Shown: positions 28,351 to 41,322 of the stretch, piece by piece
How positions within the stretch are numbered: position 1 is the first letter of the stretch
How the letters are laid out: every line of letters starts with the position of its first letter
Assembly: GCA_904063045.1 (NCBI GenBank)
Contig: CAJFCJ010000005.1
Coordinates: 1,565,988-1,629,987 of the forward strand
Direction of reading: 5' to 3'
Source: Dimorphilus gyrociliatus
Taxonomy: Eukaryota; Animalia; Annelida
DNA length: 64,000 bases
Notes under the pieces: generated by a model
Told to the model about the DNA's origin: nothing
The model's input: only the letters and a program-made list of their open reading frames with translations
Database searches by the model: none
Made by a program: the position numbers and the translations under genes

Positions 28351-30183
28351 AAAAAGTTGATATCGTTCTGTCGTAAGATGTTTAGACTAGACAATATAGA
28401 AGCTCGATATATTTCTTTGCGCGCTGGACGCGGCAACAGGAAGAGGCGTCATTCAGAATTACTGCGTGCCATTCGAACGAGGAAGGAAAAGTTATTGGCG
28501 GCCGGACCGATGTTGTTTAAATCAGTAAATCAGTTGTTGTTATTGTTATTGTTGTTATTGTTCAATTTTTTGCCTTCTATAAGTCTTATTTCTCCGTAAA
28601 CATCTGTTACCGTAGTATTATTTTTGTTTTCGCTTACTAAAATACCATAAGGTAATATGTCCCTGCATGCTCTTTTCTGTGCTATTTGTACACGAAAATT
28701 TTAAACGACAAAGTTTGAAAGACCAATTAGGAAAATGTTGAATTTAACCCGTCAAAAATCTCCTAGATGTTAGGTCTCGATGACAATGAATATCAAAATG
28801 TTTTACAGGCCAATATCTCTCACAAAACAACCAGATAGAGTGTCATTTTAAAATGCTCTATTCATTAACAAAAAAAAGTCTTCATACTACAAATTCAAAT
28901 ACTTATTAATATTATACCTTATATTAAAATTTAACGGACCTTTCCTCACTGACTTTCATTATTTAAGCGCTTTTGAACCATATTTTAGGAAGAATTAACC
29001 AATTGCAATCAATTAATAAATCGTTATTTATTTTAATTTATGCATATTGTCAAGAATTTAATTGTGAAAAAATTATGAAGATAATTAACTGATAGTAATG
29101 ATAATATTATTAACAATTTATCTATCTTTCTTTCGTTCTCTCTCTCTCTCTTTCTTTCTTTCCCGCATTCAAAAAAAGAAAATAAAGAATTTAAACGATT
29201 TTGTTGAAGTAAAGTCTTTTCTTTACATTTAAGTACAGTTAAGCCTTTTTTTTCAAAAATATTACTCTTTTATATATATATATATAAATAAAGATACCAA
29301 TGGATTTCCTGTAAAGTGTGTATATAAACTATATATATACTATATATATATATAAATTTTTATCAATCTCTAAAAAAATAGAGGTTTCACTTTGCCAAAA
29401 GAAGATAAATGTTCACAATTTTTCTTTAATGTTTTTAGGCTAATACTAGAAAAGAAAAGAGAAAATTTTTAACATTTGGTTTTGTTTCTTTTTTTTTTTA
29501 AAAAAAAGTAAAACGAAAGAAAAGACACATGTAAAAATCATGATTATTGTTTAAAGTATTTTTCCATATACTTAGGGAAAAACCATCAAAGACTTTAAGG
29601 ACGTATCCTTTATAGGCCATTTTCTTGTCAATTAACAAAAAGGAGAGTAGTTTTCAAAAGATTGAATACAATCGGAACACTTCCTCTGTCACGTGACTTT
29701 GAGTCATAAAATTTAAAGGCTTCCGTTGGCGGGGAAAAATACCACATTTCAAAAATCCTAAAGATTATTGGGGTTAGAGCAGTTAAAGAAAAAATTCGTA
29801 TTGCACTCGTTTCTGCATGCCAGGACGTTTAATTTTCGTTTTTGCCTAACAGCTTAATACTTCTATAGGCCTAAGATAGAGATGAAGATCATTTAATTCT
29901 GTTGTTTACCAGTGCAAACTATTCTTACCATATTGTAATTTGAATATTTCTTGACCTAATTCTACGAGCCATTAACATTCCATACGGATGATTATGCAAA
30001 CAGAATCTAGAATTGGGTAAAGTAATTCGACCTCGAGTATGAATCATATCCTAGAAATGACGTTGGCGGGGAGTTGTACAAAAACTAGATTAGCTTAGTA
30101 AATTTATTTGTACTTTTATTGCGAGTACCCTTTTTCCTCATTTGTCTGTCTATTCGAACTAATTATTTGTCGGGAAATCATAG

Positions 30184-31326
30184 AGTTCGACCGTACCAGA
30201 AATGTACCAGCTGCCATTTATTGTAACACGGAAAACGTCACGCTCCGATCGCTTTGATTTGACGAGCGTTTCCAACACCTTGAGAGACGGCTCGTTAGAC
30301 GGCTCTGATAAGCGTCGATTTTATCTTATACCCGCCGAAGTTAGATGAAAGGACTTTGACAGATTTTCCTTTGCTTTTCTCTTTCTCTTAATTTAGTTGT
30401 CAAATCAGTTTTTCACCCCTTTTTCCTGTATTTTATTCTTTCGCTGATTAAGGGTTAACAAGGGATAAAACAAAAGGTCAATTTTTCTTATTAACTATAA
30501 CTTTAAGACGAAAATATAGAAAAAAAAAACATATCCAAGTGCAAAGTTGAATAATATATTATGTCTAAAACTACATAATAAGTTGAAAGACCATAGTTCT
30601 CTTTCTCCTTCTGTCTATCTATTAGCTTTCTGATTCATACTAATATAAGAAATCTTTCAAGAAAATCAGAAAGGAAACCTCAAGTTTAGCATAGTTTTAG
30701 GACACTCGCAAAGAACTTCTTTGTTATGTACAATTGTTAAGAATTTTAAAAATTTCGCTTATTATATAATATATAAGAAATTAGATCAAAATTCTACAAG
30801 TATTTAACATATTAATATATATAGATATAGTTTTTTTTTTTTAAAAAAAAACTAAAATCTATTTTGTACCAAATTTAGAAAATATAATGATCAATAATCC
30901 AAGTATTTAAACAAACTATTCACTGATTTTCTAAATAATTTTCCCTTCGTTTTTTTTGTCAATTGCTTAGGTTTGCAAAAAGATAATGCTTAAGCAATCT
31001 TTTCTCTAGTAAAATGACAAGGTTTATAGGCTTGGTTTATACGTATGTATAGACTTGCTTATATACAAATATATAATGATTCTTAAACAATATTCATAAA
31101 CTATATAAATAATTTTAATTAGTGTTTTCCTTTTTTTTATATTAAACAGAGATATAGACTTGGCTTTGCCGGATGTTTGACTTATCCCCTTGGTCATTCC
31201 ATTCCAAAAACAACTGCTCCATCATCTTCGTTAATTACGCTCGAAAGTCGAAGACCTATATTAACGAGATACGATAAGGATAATAAAGACGAGCGTAAGG
31301 GGAACGAAGGAACGCCCTCCAAGTAA
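30184..31326 (+). CDS. Two unannotated in-frame exon candidates (30184-30339 and 31150-31326): a CBF-beta C-terminal extension or an independent small gene
   Basis: Both are fully open in phase 0 and GC-elevated, with proper acceptors; the first has a GAA|GTTAGA donor. Joined peptide: SSTVPEMYQLPFIVTRKTSRSDRFDLTSVSNTLRDGSLDGSDKRRFYLIPAE|RYRLGFAGCLTYPLGHSIPK..GTPSK*. Confidence 0.5.
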
Positions 31327-32080
31327 TATTAATCAAATGTAATGTCGCTTAAGTGTCAAGTTACCAATCAGCTGTTCATTTTTACTACTATAAAAAATAT
31401 ATATTAAAAAAAAGCAGGTGTTGTACAGTATTCTATTACGAGACGGGAAAAAGTGAGCTAATTTCTCTAATTAGACGCCCAACTAAAGCTGTTCGCGCGG
31501 ACACAAAGAAATATTGAAACGCCGCGGCGTCTACAGCGCTTTATCTACAATCACATCGGTTTGACCACGTCAAGCGATTTCTCGACCCTTTTGAACGGAT
31601 GTCTTTATTCCGTATGTTTATAAACTGTCTTTTTAGCCTTCCCTCATTCGTTTGTGTATGGTCTTAGGTAGACGTTTCTCTTTTGAAACTTTTGTTTGAT
31701 GTTCAGATTAGAGGGCGTCACATCTAAGACGAATCGTGTGCGAAATTTTAATAAATGGCATCTAATACGAAATAAAGAAACTCTATTCTTAATTTTCCTT
31801 TTATAGTACGTCTTCCGCAAGAATTCACACCTTTTTACATAATCTCTAAACGTGTACTGCAAACTCTGCAAAATTGTTCAACTTATTTAATAATAACAAT
31901 AAGCGAAAATCAGCTGTATTCGAATAATTTTTGTTTTGATATTATTTTAATTAATAGGTTTTTTTTAAAAAAAAAAACTTGACATTTAATTAAAGTCTCC
32001 TTTTTTTTTCGAAAAAAATATAAGGTGAAATCACACAAAAAAAACATTTAATGAGCTTAGGTAGGAATGTACTGTATTAA

Positions 32081-32805
32081 TTATTTCCGTAATCCATTAA
32101 TTAGGACACCTGGATTTTTTTCGGATTTACATGTTGACGATGGCAAGCTTTTAGACTGTTGAGGTCCGACCAAAAATTGTGCACTATCCGCAGGAACAAC
32201 TGCATTTTTCAATATGGGTAAGTGATAGGAGCGAGGTGGTCGGTTAAACTCTTCTTTAGAAATTCTAAAATGTAGATGATAAATGAAATTTAGATTATGA
32301 GTACGAAAAATTGAGTACATTAAAGAGCTTGTTCAATCAAGTTCAAACTCTTCATTTTACAAAGTACAACTCAGATTGATGTCTCCATCTAGTGGATACT
32401 TTCAAAATTAAAAATACGCTTTAAAGCGTAAAGGAACTAAGCGTAAATAAAAGCGAAACAAACAGGCAAAAGGGAAAAAAGAAGACATTTCTATAGGCAA
32501 TAAACAAAAAAAGAGATAAAAATAAAATAGTATAAATAGGTCTGAGGGGGGAAAAATTATAAATACAGTATACAGTATAAATAGTATTAAAAAAAAGGTA
32601 CAGAAGTGAAATCTGATGATTTGATTATACAGTCTAATCAACAAACCAATTTAATATTGAAGAGAAATACAAAGAATCTTCTATCAATTGTTGAAAAGAT
32701 ATTTGACAAGTTTCTTCATAAAAGAATATAAAATATATTATCGATTTTATAAGTTTTTGTCTTTAATCTAAGTCTTTTTTTTAACGGATATTGATATTTC
32801 TTATC

Positions 32806-32843
<38 letters not shown>

Positions 32844-35800
32844 TAATAATAATAATATATTCAGTTCAACGATAATTACAAAATTATAATTAATTAATTA
32901 ACGATCAATACATTGATTTTGTCATCAAAATAGTGTATAATATCTACTATATATCATGTCCTAAAATCGTAATTAGCACCTATAATAGAGGTTTATTATC
33001 CTTTTTCTGTGTCGTATCTAATCTAACGCAAACATTATCAATTTAGAAGGATTATTAATCTATTAAATAATAATACGAATTGTCTATGTACATACTAATA
33101 TAACATACTTATTATCTACTGTATTAAAAGGTGTTATCTAAACACTGTCACGTAGTATCTTATTAACATATGTTATTTTTTCCTTAACCATCTGTCACTA
33201 AACTGATAAAATGATTAAGTCACTCGAAAAGGTAAACGTTTTCTCAATAGAGAGAGGAATATCATACCTGTTCTATGTATATTTACTTTGAACTTGATTT
33301 TGGAATAAAGCATATTATTATTAATCTAAAAATAGATTTCTATATTCTATTAAAGAGATTACTGGTTGCTAACGAAAATAATTACTGTCAATAAAGTAAA
33401 CAAAATAGAGGTATTTAAAAAAAAATCACCAAGAAATATATAAAAAAATTACATGCTACACACAACAACAAAAACTTACACTGAATTTGTTCCTATGAGC
33501 TGAATTACTAAGTATATACCAACATTGTATATTTACATATACATTTACATATAAATATATATATATATATTAATAATAAAATAATAAATATGAATATGTT
33601 AATTTAAAAAATATGCAAATTAATAGATAAATAAAAATTATTTTATAAAAAAAACTTTATCAATAGATCTAACTACTTACCTAGGTTCTAATGGCGCTGT
33701 TGCTGTTGCAGGATGACTAAAATGACTATAAGTCTTTATGGTTGTATCGTATCTTTGATGAAATCGCAAACTCGATAGGTTAAGACTTGATAAAGGTTCG
33801 AATTGTTTATTTGGCACATGTCGTATTCTATCCATACTGACTGTGGGATTAAAACCTGTGAAGTAAAAAAAAAAAAAAGTATTTAATTGAAAAATTAAGT
33901 CTTTATAGTCCTAAATCGGGTTTTAATTAGATTGTATTTCACCTTGAGCGGTATGAACATAGGATAAATGAGGCGGAGTAGTTTTCACTCGAGCGGTATT
34001 GGGTTCTTCCTTTACATCATCCGACTGTTTGAGTACACAAAAATCGGTGTTTAATTAAAAATGAAAGGAACCCCCCCTATAACTTTCTATACACTACCGG
34101 AAAGTATAATAAATTCTTGTCGTCCGGCGTTTGATCTTCTAAACGATCTAATCGCTGTTTTAAACGGGTAAAAGATAAAAAGAAACATTAAATAAAATGA
34201 TAATGTCTAGATAAGGCTAGCACGAAATACGTACTTTCTTAGATCTCTCGTATAATCTTTCCTGGGAGAAGCACGGTATACCGCCGTTACTTCGGCCTTC
34301 GTATTTATTTTTAAAGGGAGGGTGTTTCTTAACAAATTCCTTACTCGTGAATGTATTGAGCTGTTTGTTTCCATTTTCAAAAATAAAACAAACACTAATG
34401 ACGAAAGACAAACAAAAGAGAAATGAACAGTTAAACATCCTCCTTTTTGTGTTTTTATTTTGTTTGTTTTTTACATTAAATTTCTAAGTTACAATAAGAC
34501 AAAGAGCTATAATAATATATCAATTTCCTCTTCAAACCCATTAGTCAGAGCCCCTATTTTTACCCACTCGATCCCTCCCTTTTCCAAATTTATTCATTTT
34601 CCCTATCCTACACCCTCATTCCTCCCTCCCTCTTTATAATCAACTAATTTAAATATTCTTATGACGATGGGCCAGAATTCTTTTTTGTGAAATTGTTATG
34701 TATAGCTATACTTAAAAGACTAGTGCACTTTTTGAGTGGTTTCTTATCCGCTGTTAACTCGGAAACAGTTAACGATTTCGAAAGTCTATGGCCGTTTTTA
34801 AAATCTTTTGATTCCACCTTCAAGTCATTTGAACTCAGCGACCTTTTTGTTAGTCTATCCGAGAATGGTGCTATAATGGGCTGTTTCAGCTTCTCTTGTA
34901 GGCTCTCCGTAGAGCTGTTTTGGTCTGATTCAGATTCGTTAAGCTTCCTTTGAGGTGAACAAGCTGGCAGTGAATCTGTTTGTCGCTTTGGCTCTTCTTC
35001 GCCATCAGATGTCGAGTATCGAACAAGAGAATTTGACGATTGATACGTTAATTCTTTAATTTGAGGTATGGAAAACAATTTCGGACAAACAGGCTGAGAA
35101 AGACATTGAGCGGGTGTTTGTCTTTTTGATAGTCGCAAATAACCGTGGAACTCCGTTGTCTAGAAAGGCAGTATGTTTGTACAAAACATAATGAAACGTT
35201 TAAGAGGGTTTTCATTGTTTGTACAGGTCTTTTTTTTCTGGCAAACTAAACATGCTTTCTTCTGTTGTCGCTATTTTGGGAACTAAGGGTTTTAAGTGTT
35301 TATGGGTGAAGAGAAATTGATACTATCGGTTAGGCTACTAAAAAATTTAGGATTTTTCATTTCACTTCTCCTTTAGGAGTTTTGACCATTCAAAGGCATT
35401 TAGTAAATAACTTACCGCTTTCTTCTTTGCTTCGTTATTATTTATAGCCGGGAGCGTCTATTAGAGGTTATAATTTTTCTTTATTTAGACAATCTTAAAA
35501 TAGAAACCCCCACCTTGTCGCTCAGGCTCTTTTTTTCGTTAAGTGCTTTAGTTTTTGATCTTTTCTTCTTTCTTTTCGCTTTCGGTTCCGTCCACTTAAG
35601 TTCGGGTTCGGATTCGCTATTACTATCACTCGACGACCTAATATAATTTATTGATTTTACGTATTCGATTAATTAACTAATTAATTATTAATTATTAAAA
35701 TTCTTACCCCGATTCGAGGCAATCGTTCGACAAATTCAAATTTTCTAAGATTTTTATACAACCATCCGAAGATTTAAGAGAAGTTTCGTTCAATAATTTA

Positions 35801-38800
35801 TCAATATTAACAGAGCTAACATCAAACGCTCTTTTTCTAGAGCTAACACAGTCTTGACTTTTGTTTTTATCAATACCATTAACAATTGGACTACTTGAAG
35901 CGTTACTACGTTTCTCTGTTTTAAGAGAAATTCTCTTTGTTAGTTAATTTAATTTAATTACTCAAGTAAGAAAGGAGCGGAACCTTGGTCATTAGTTTCA
36001 CTATTCCATTTCTTAATTGATGGATTCGATTTTATTTCAATTCCTCTTGTTTCTAAGAAATGTTGCGCAATAGCTCTTGTCATACTAATAAATATCTCGG
36101 TTTGAGCACTGAAACATACACTCATTTAATAAATAGAGTTAGCATTAAAAAATTTGGTAGGCCTATGTAGAAAGATTTAAGAATCGATTTTCTAGGTATT
36201 TCACCTTTTATTTGTCTGCGCTTCGTCATATTCTAAAACAGTTTCACAAAAAACTCTTCCCATATCTTGATAATCATTCACTGTAAAGTGCCGGTTTTCA
36301 CCGCTGGCGACAAATGGAGAAAAAAAGGTTCATACAAAAAATATTCGATTATCATTCCAATATGTAATTATTACCTGCAAATAGTTGTTCCGCTGAAGGT
36401 CGCTTCCAAGGTGAAGCTATTCTGAATGTTCATTTGCCTAAACATTACCACTCTTCCTGTGGACTCTTTGCATTTCCTTATTTGAAATTTACATCCGGTG
36501 AAGGAAAACTTTTCTGGAGCCTGTTGTTTTTTTTTAGAATAATGTTGTTATCTTAACGGATTAATTCTCATAATATATATATATATGTATATACTCGACC
36601 TTTCTTGACATTAAGAAGGGAAAAAGACGCTCTTTAAGAAAATGCTCGGGACTAGAAAAGTTCTGTTCAGTCTGTTCAGTTGTGTTACAACCGTACATGA
36701 AAACATTTTGCTTCCGGCTATGCCCGTGAAGATCACAATAAATAAGAACGTTGGAAGTTTTACCGAATTTTTCAAGCATTTCTTTTGTATACCAAATTGT
36801 TGGAAATTTTTCTTTATGGGGATGCCTATAATTCCTATTAAGATCTTTAGCCGATAGTGAACAACGATAATTTCCAACAATAACTCCATCGGGATTTAAC
36901 ATGGGTACCAATTTAAATATAAACTTTTTACGTAAAGTCTAAGAAAATAAGTAAAGGAAACAGATTACATCATACGATTGTATAATAGGAACTAAATTAC
37001 CTTTGCAGCATTTGAATTACTGGTAAGAAACTCTAAAACACCTTTCATTACCCAAGATGAATTTGATTCCCCTGGATGAACTCTTGCTGTCACGACAACT
37101 CCTTGTTTATCATCAGGATTAACGGCTTTTCAAAAAAAATGTTTCAATCAATTCATCTACTTAAAATTTTCAATTATAGGAAAAAAGATAATTACCAAAG
37201 TTTGTAACTGTTATTAAAAAGCAGCTATTTCCAGCTTTAGTTTCGCATAAAACCTCTCTTTTTATAACGTGCGACTTTTCACTATTTGTAATAATGTTGT
37301 CTAGATCCTCCTTAAGATCGGTATATGTGTACGGATAACAATGGGCGAGATAATAAGTATCTTCCTTATAGGGAAATTCCTAAAACATATATTCTTTGTT
37401 AAACAATCGATTCGATAAAAGCAATCATTCCCATGCTAAATAACAAACCATTTGCCATTCAAGCATATAATAAGGCATTTCTTTACTTAATAGAGGACAG
37501 TGTAGATGCATCGTATTTCTTCCATAACTATTGAACAAATAATAAATATATACATTTATATATTATCCTAATCAATTGCATAGAATATGTATTATAAACA
37601 TTTATTTACTATATATGGTGACCAGTTCTCATCCATCCCGTATTATGTAATGACGTATGCTTCTCAGAGTACATTAGAGGTCTCATTCCTGGATGTGAAT
37701 ATAAATACTTTGACCTTTCAACCTTACTTTTTTTTTTTTAATGTATGGGAACGATTTTTTACCGTAATTATATAGGCTATCCTTCTTTAGGAAATTTACA
37801 ATTCGAAATTTATAGGTAATATTGGGCAAGGAATTCCTGACGCGAAAATAATACCATTGCGTGTGTCGATTCGTATACAAGTCGGTTTTCAGCACCAGTT
37901 CGTATTCAAATTGTCCTCTGTATTCAAAACGGGAGCTTTTATTGTTCACAAAGAGTATTAAATATAGGTCAATGCATTAGAGTGTAAAATGTGTGGGGTA
38001 AGGGAGGTAACGGGGGGCAACGGAAAACGAAAGTGAGTCGGAGAAAGTAAAGGATGGGCGTTACTAGGAGTATTTTGTAATTGAAGCGAATTTGAATTAT
38101 ATACTTACACCCTTCTCACTTGACGAAGGTTTCCACTTTCAAATCGCGATTCGAACGTTAAAGAAGGGCAAAAACCAGAAGCAACTGGGGGTGGCTGATA
38201 ATCTTTACCACTTTTTTCAGAATCGTACACAATCTGTACTCCTCTCCATCTCCTATCAAATTCAGTTTGTTGCTTATCTATACTCAACTTCTTATTATCT
38301 ATTTAAAAATAAGTATAACAAATTACAACAGAGCGATTTTCAATATAAAATATCGATATATCATATTGTCAGGCTAATATACAATATCTGATAAGAGACT
38401 TATAATCCTGTTATCGACAACGATACATTCAAATTTCGTTACAAAATAATAAATGATAAAACATAGTACGATCAACAAACTTTTATAATAATTCTGAAAA
38501 AATAGTAAAACCTTTGCAAAATAGTGGTTCAATATAATCCGGCATAGTCCGTAGATGTTTCGGCGTCTGTAATAACGGACCATAATAGTGAGGGGGCCAA
38601 TATGGTCCATATGGCCAATATTTAATATCCGGTGGTTTGGTTTTATATTTGCTAATAAACTCCTCCAGATGTTGTGAATAACGATTGATAACTGTACGTT
38701 TGATTGGAGCAAACATACTGTTATTGTCCGCATCGTCAGTGCAAGAAGAATCCTGAGCGCTTTCGCTCAATGACTGTTGATCGTCGGACATAGCGTTCTG

Positions 38801-39045
38801 TATCAATCGTTATACGTAAGAAAAAGTATAAGTAATCGGCAGAATATTGGCGGCATACTCCAGTAGACTATAAATCTATAAAAGCTTATGTAAACAAGCT
38901 ATAAAATTGACTCGATCCGTGGAATTTGCTGAGTATATTATTATTCAAGAGCCAATCTTTATGCACTTTTCAAAAGGAATTCAAAAAGACCATGTAAAAC
39001 CAATTTATCAGTTAAGAAAGCATTAGCGCAATGATACTGTTTCTT

Positions 39046-39081
<36 letters not shown>

Positions 39082-41322
39082 ATCAACCATTCCTTCTCCA
39101 TGGCAACAAACTAAAGCTCTTAGGTTTAAATCAATTAATCATTGACTAACAAGTAATTAAAGAATGCTAAAGGGTGGGGTCAATCGTCTTTATTAGGTAC
39201 CGTTTCTTCCATTTTTAATTGTTTACTTGGATTTCTTTTAAACGTCGCCTCTTTGAGATATAAATGAACACACTTTATTGTTTTGCTTGTCTCATATTCT
39301 TTATTTACAATTATTAGTTGCTTTTTAATTCCGTTTACTGTATCCCATAAGTAGCCTTCTTCTTCCATTCAACAGAAAAAAGTACAATATTATTTGAAGC
39401 TGTTTCAGGCCGACTAAATTTGTTTTAATAATAAAAAAACAGGTTGCTAACAAAGTCGTAACAGTTCACAAAGGAGACACCGACAACTTCCGTTGACAAA
39501 CACGACAGGAAAAATCAATAACAATACTTGTGTATAGATTTTACAAACAAATTACATAGCTATCGTTAAACATCATATATTAACCATATAAAGATAAATA
39601 GGCTATAATGCGCTTTTCAATTTAATAATGAATGAAAACATGGAATTGATAAACCTACCTTCCATCCTAGTATTGAGCGGTTCAAATTTCCATTGAGAGG
39701 CTCTAGCTAATTTAGGAGTAGGGCATAATGGTCCATAATCGGATGGCCAAAATGGGCCGTATTCGTCCTTTTCTATTCCGTATCTATCTACGTAGTTTCC
39801 ATCAACTTTCTGCAGGAAGGATCCATCAGCCAATCTGCCAGTTCGGAGAGCATCTACGAAGGCATCTTTGGTGAAGAAATTAAAGAATTGATGCTTTTCA
39901 AAAGCATTCAATTTCTCATAGTCATTTAATGCTTTTTCGGCCAATTTTGCATATGAAAGATATTGAGTGGAAGTAGACGGTATTTCAGGTAAAGCTTTGT
40001 GTATTTCAAATTCGGGCGAAATCCTTTCTTCGCGGCTCAGGAATCGTCCTAATTTACGACCTATACTTCTTTCTGAACGGCCAATAGAATACACGGAAGA
40101 GCATTCAGAGGACGGGGATTTACTGTCCAAAGCGGAAAAAGCTCTAATCTTCTGAATTGATCTTTTTTTGCTGAGAATAAGAAAGTTTCGTTCCTTGATC
40201 TTATCGATGGCCGATATGCCCTGAGAATCATCAAGCTGCTCCCCTTCAACCTCCTCATCAGAAGAATGGGATGATGGTTGATCAGAATTATTGGAAGACG
40301 AATGTAGAGCTCTTTCAACTAAAGTAGTTATATCATTTTGAGTCTTTTTTCGTATTGTGTCTTTCCACGCATCAATATCTATTGAAAAAAAAAAAAAAGG
40401 TTAAATTTCTACTTTCAGTTATCAAGTTCATATTTAATTACATCCTAGAAACAAAAAGCTCAAAATCATTTTATAGCCTAGGAAAATGAATTTATTGTTA
40501 GTTATTTCGCTCGTTTAGCAGCGTGAATTTTTTATTATTAAATACACATATATATACAAATATGTATATGAAGATTATTTATGAAAATATAAGAAAATTT
40601 TATTTAAATGTGCACCACTCAACTCAAATATTTGCCTTTTGATTATAAGAAGGAAAATAAAGGAAATATGAAAGAAATTTTCGACTAAAGTCGATTAAAT
40701 AACTAATTTTTTAAATACCTGGTGCTTGACTTGTTCCAACTCGTCCTATAAAAAAATTTGGTTCTTTTTTGGTTTTTTGATTTTTTTTTTTAGAAAAAAA
40801 AGAACAGGAAGTGAAATTATAGTTTTTCTAAAACAATAATAAAGTTAAAATGAAAAAGAAACTATATACAATCAAAAATAGACTGAAATAAAGCTGAATC
40901 TATAAAGCGTTTAGCTATTTATTAAAGACTTTTAAGCCTTTAATGTAGGTATTTTTTTTTGAAAGTAAAAGAGCTTATGATTTTCAAAGTTCTCTTTGTA
41001 ACAAAACAGATTAAATTCATGACGAGAATAACGTCGTTCGCTACATTTAACTCGAAGAATAACGTAATGCAACACTAATTGATACTTGATAGTGAAAAAA
41101 CATTGTTTTTCACTATTACCTATTACGTAAGCCGATAGGTATATCTTATTGTAGTTTTTAATTAATTCAGTAAATTAAATGTAAATTATGCAAACCATGT
41201 CTTTCCAATAAAAGTTGTTTTTTCTCCTCTGAAAACTTATTAATTTCAGTCTGAAGACCGTTACTTATCCCGTGTCTAGAATAAAAGTCCTTAGTCGGAG
41301 TTGTATTTTCCGATCTGTACAT
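32081..41322 (-). CDS. AGBL2: Cytosolic carboxypeptidase (tubulin deglutamylase), CCP2/CCP3 (AGBL2/3)-like, with long N- and C-terminal extensions
   Basis: Motifs [88 protein letters not shown] and [17 protein letters not shown] likely start is ATG 41322 (MYRSENTT) joined via a 27-nt exon near 40720-40746. AGBL2 versus AGBL3 is not resolved. Confidence 0.9.
32809..32855. repeat. (AT)n followed by (AAT)n microsatellite in a CCP intron
   Basis: Direct read. Confidence 0.9.
39047..39107. promoter_or_regulatory. (CT)n tract followed by an RFX X-box-like TTCTCCATGGCAAC inside the CCP gene
   Basis: Microsatellite at 39047-39076. The motif at 39094-39107 has a perfect CCATGGCAAC half-site and lies about 300 bp upstream (minus strand) of an ATG at 38791. 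Confidence 0.55.

Noticed and set aside
28357-28599. 80-aa ORF directly after the CBFB read-through stop
   Set aside because: It starts at a non-ATG codon and the poly-Leu comes from a (TTG/TTA)n microsatellite; most likely UTR or intron.
29799-29820. TATTGCACTCGT resembling mature miR-92
   Set aside because: The 3' half diverges from miR-92 and the upstream arm does not form a convincing precursor hairpin.
33179-33198. U12 branch-like TTTCCTTAAC..CAC on the plus strand
   Set aside because: It lies antisense within a CCP intron with no plus-strand gene or paired AT-AC donor.
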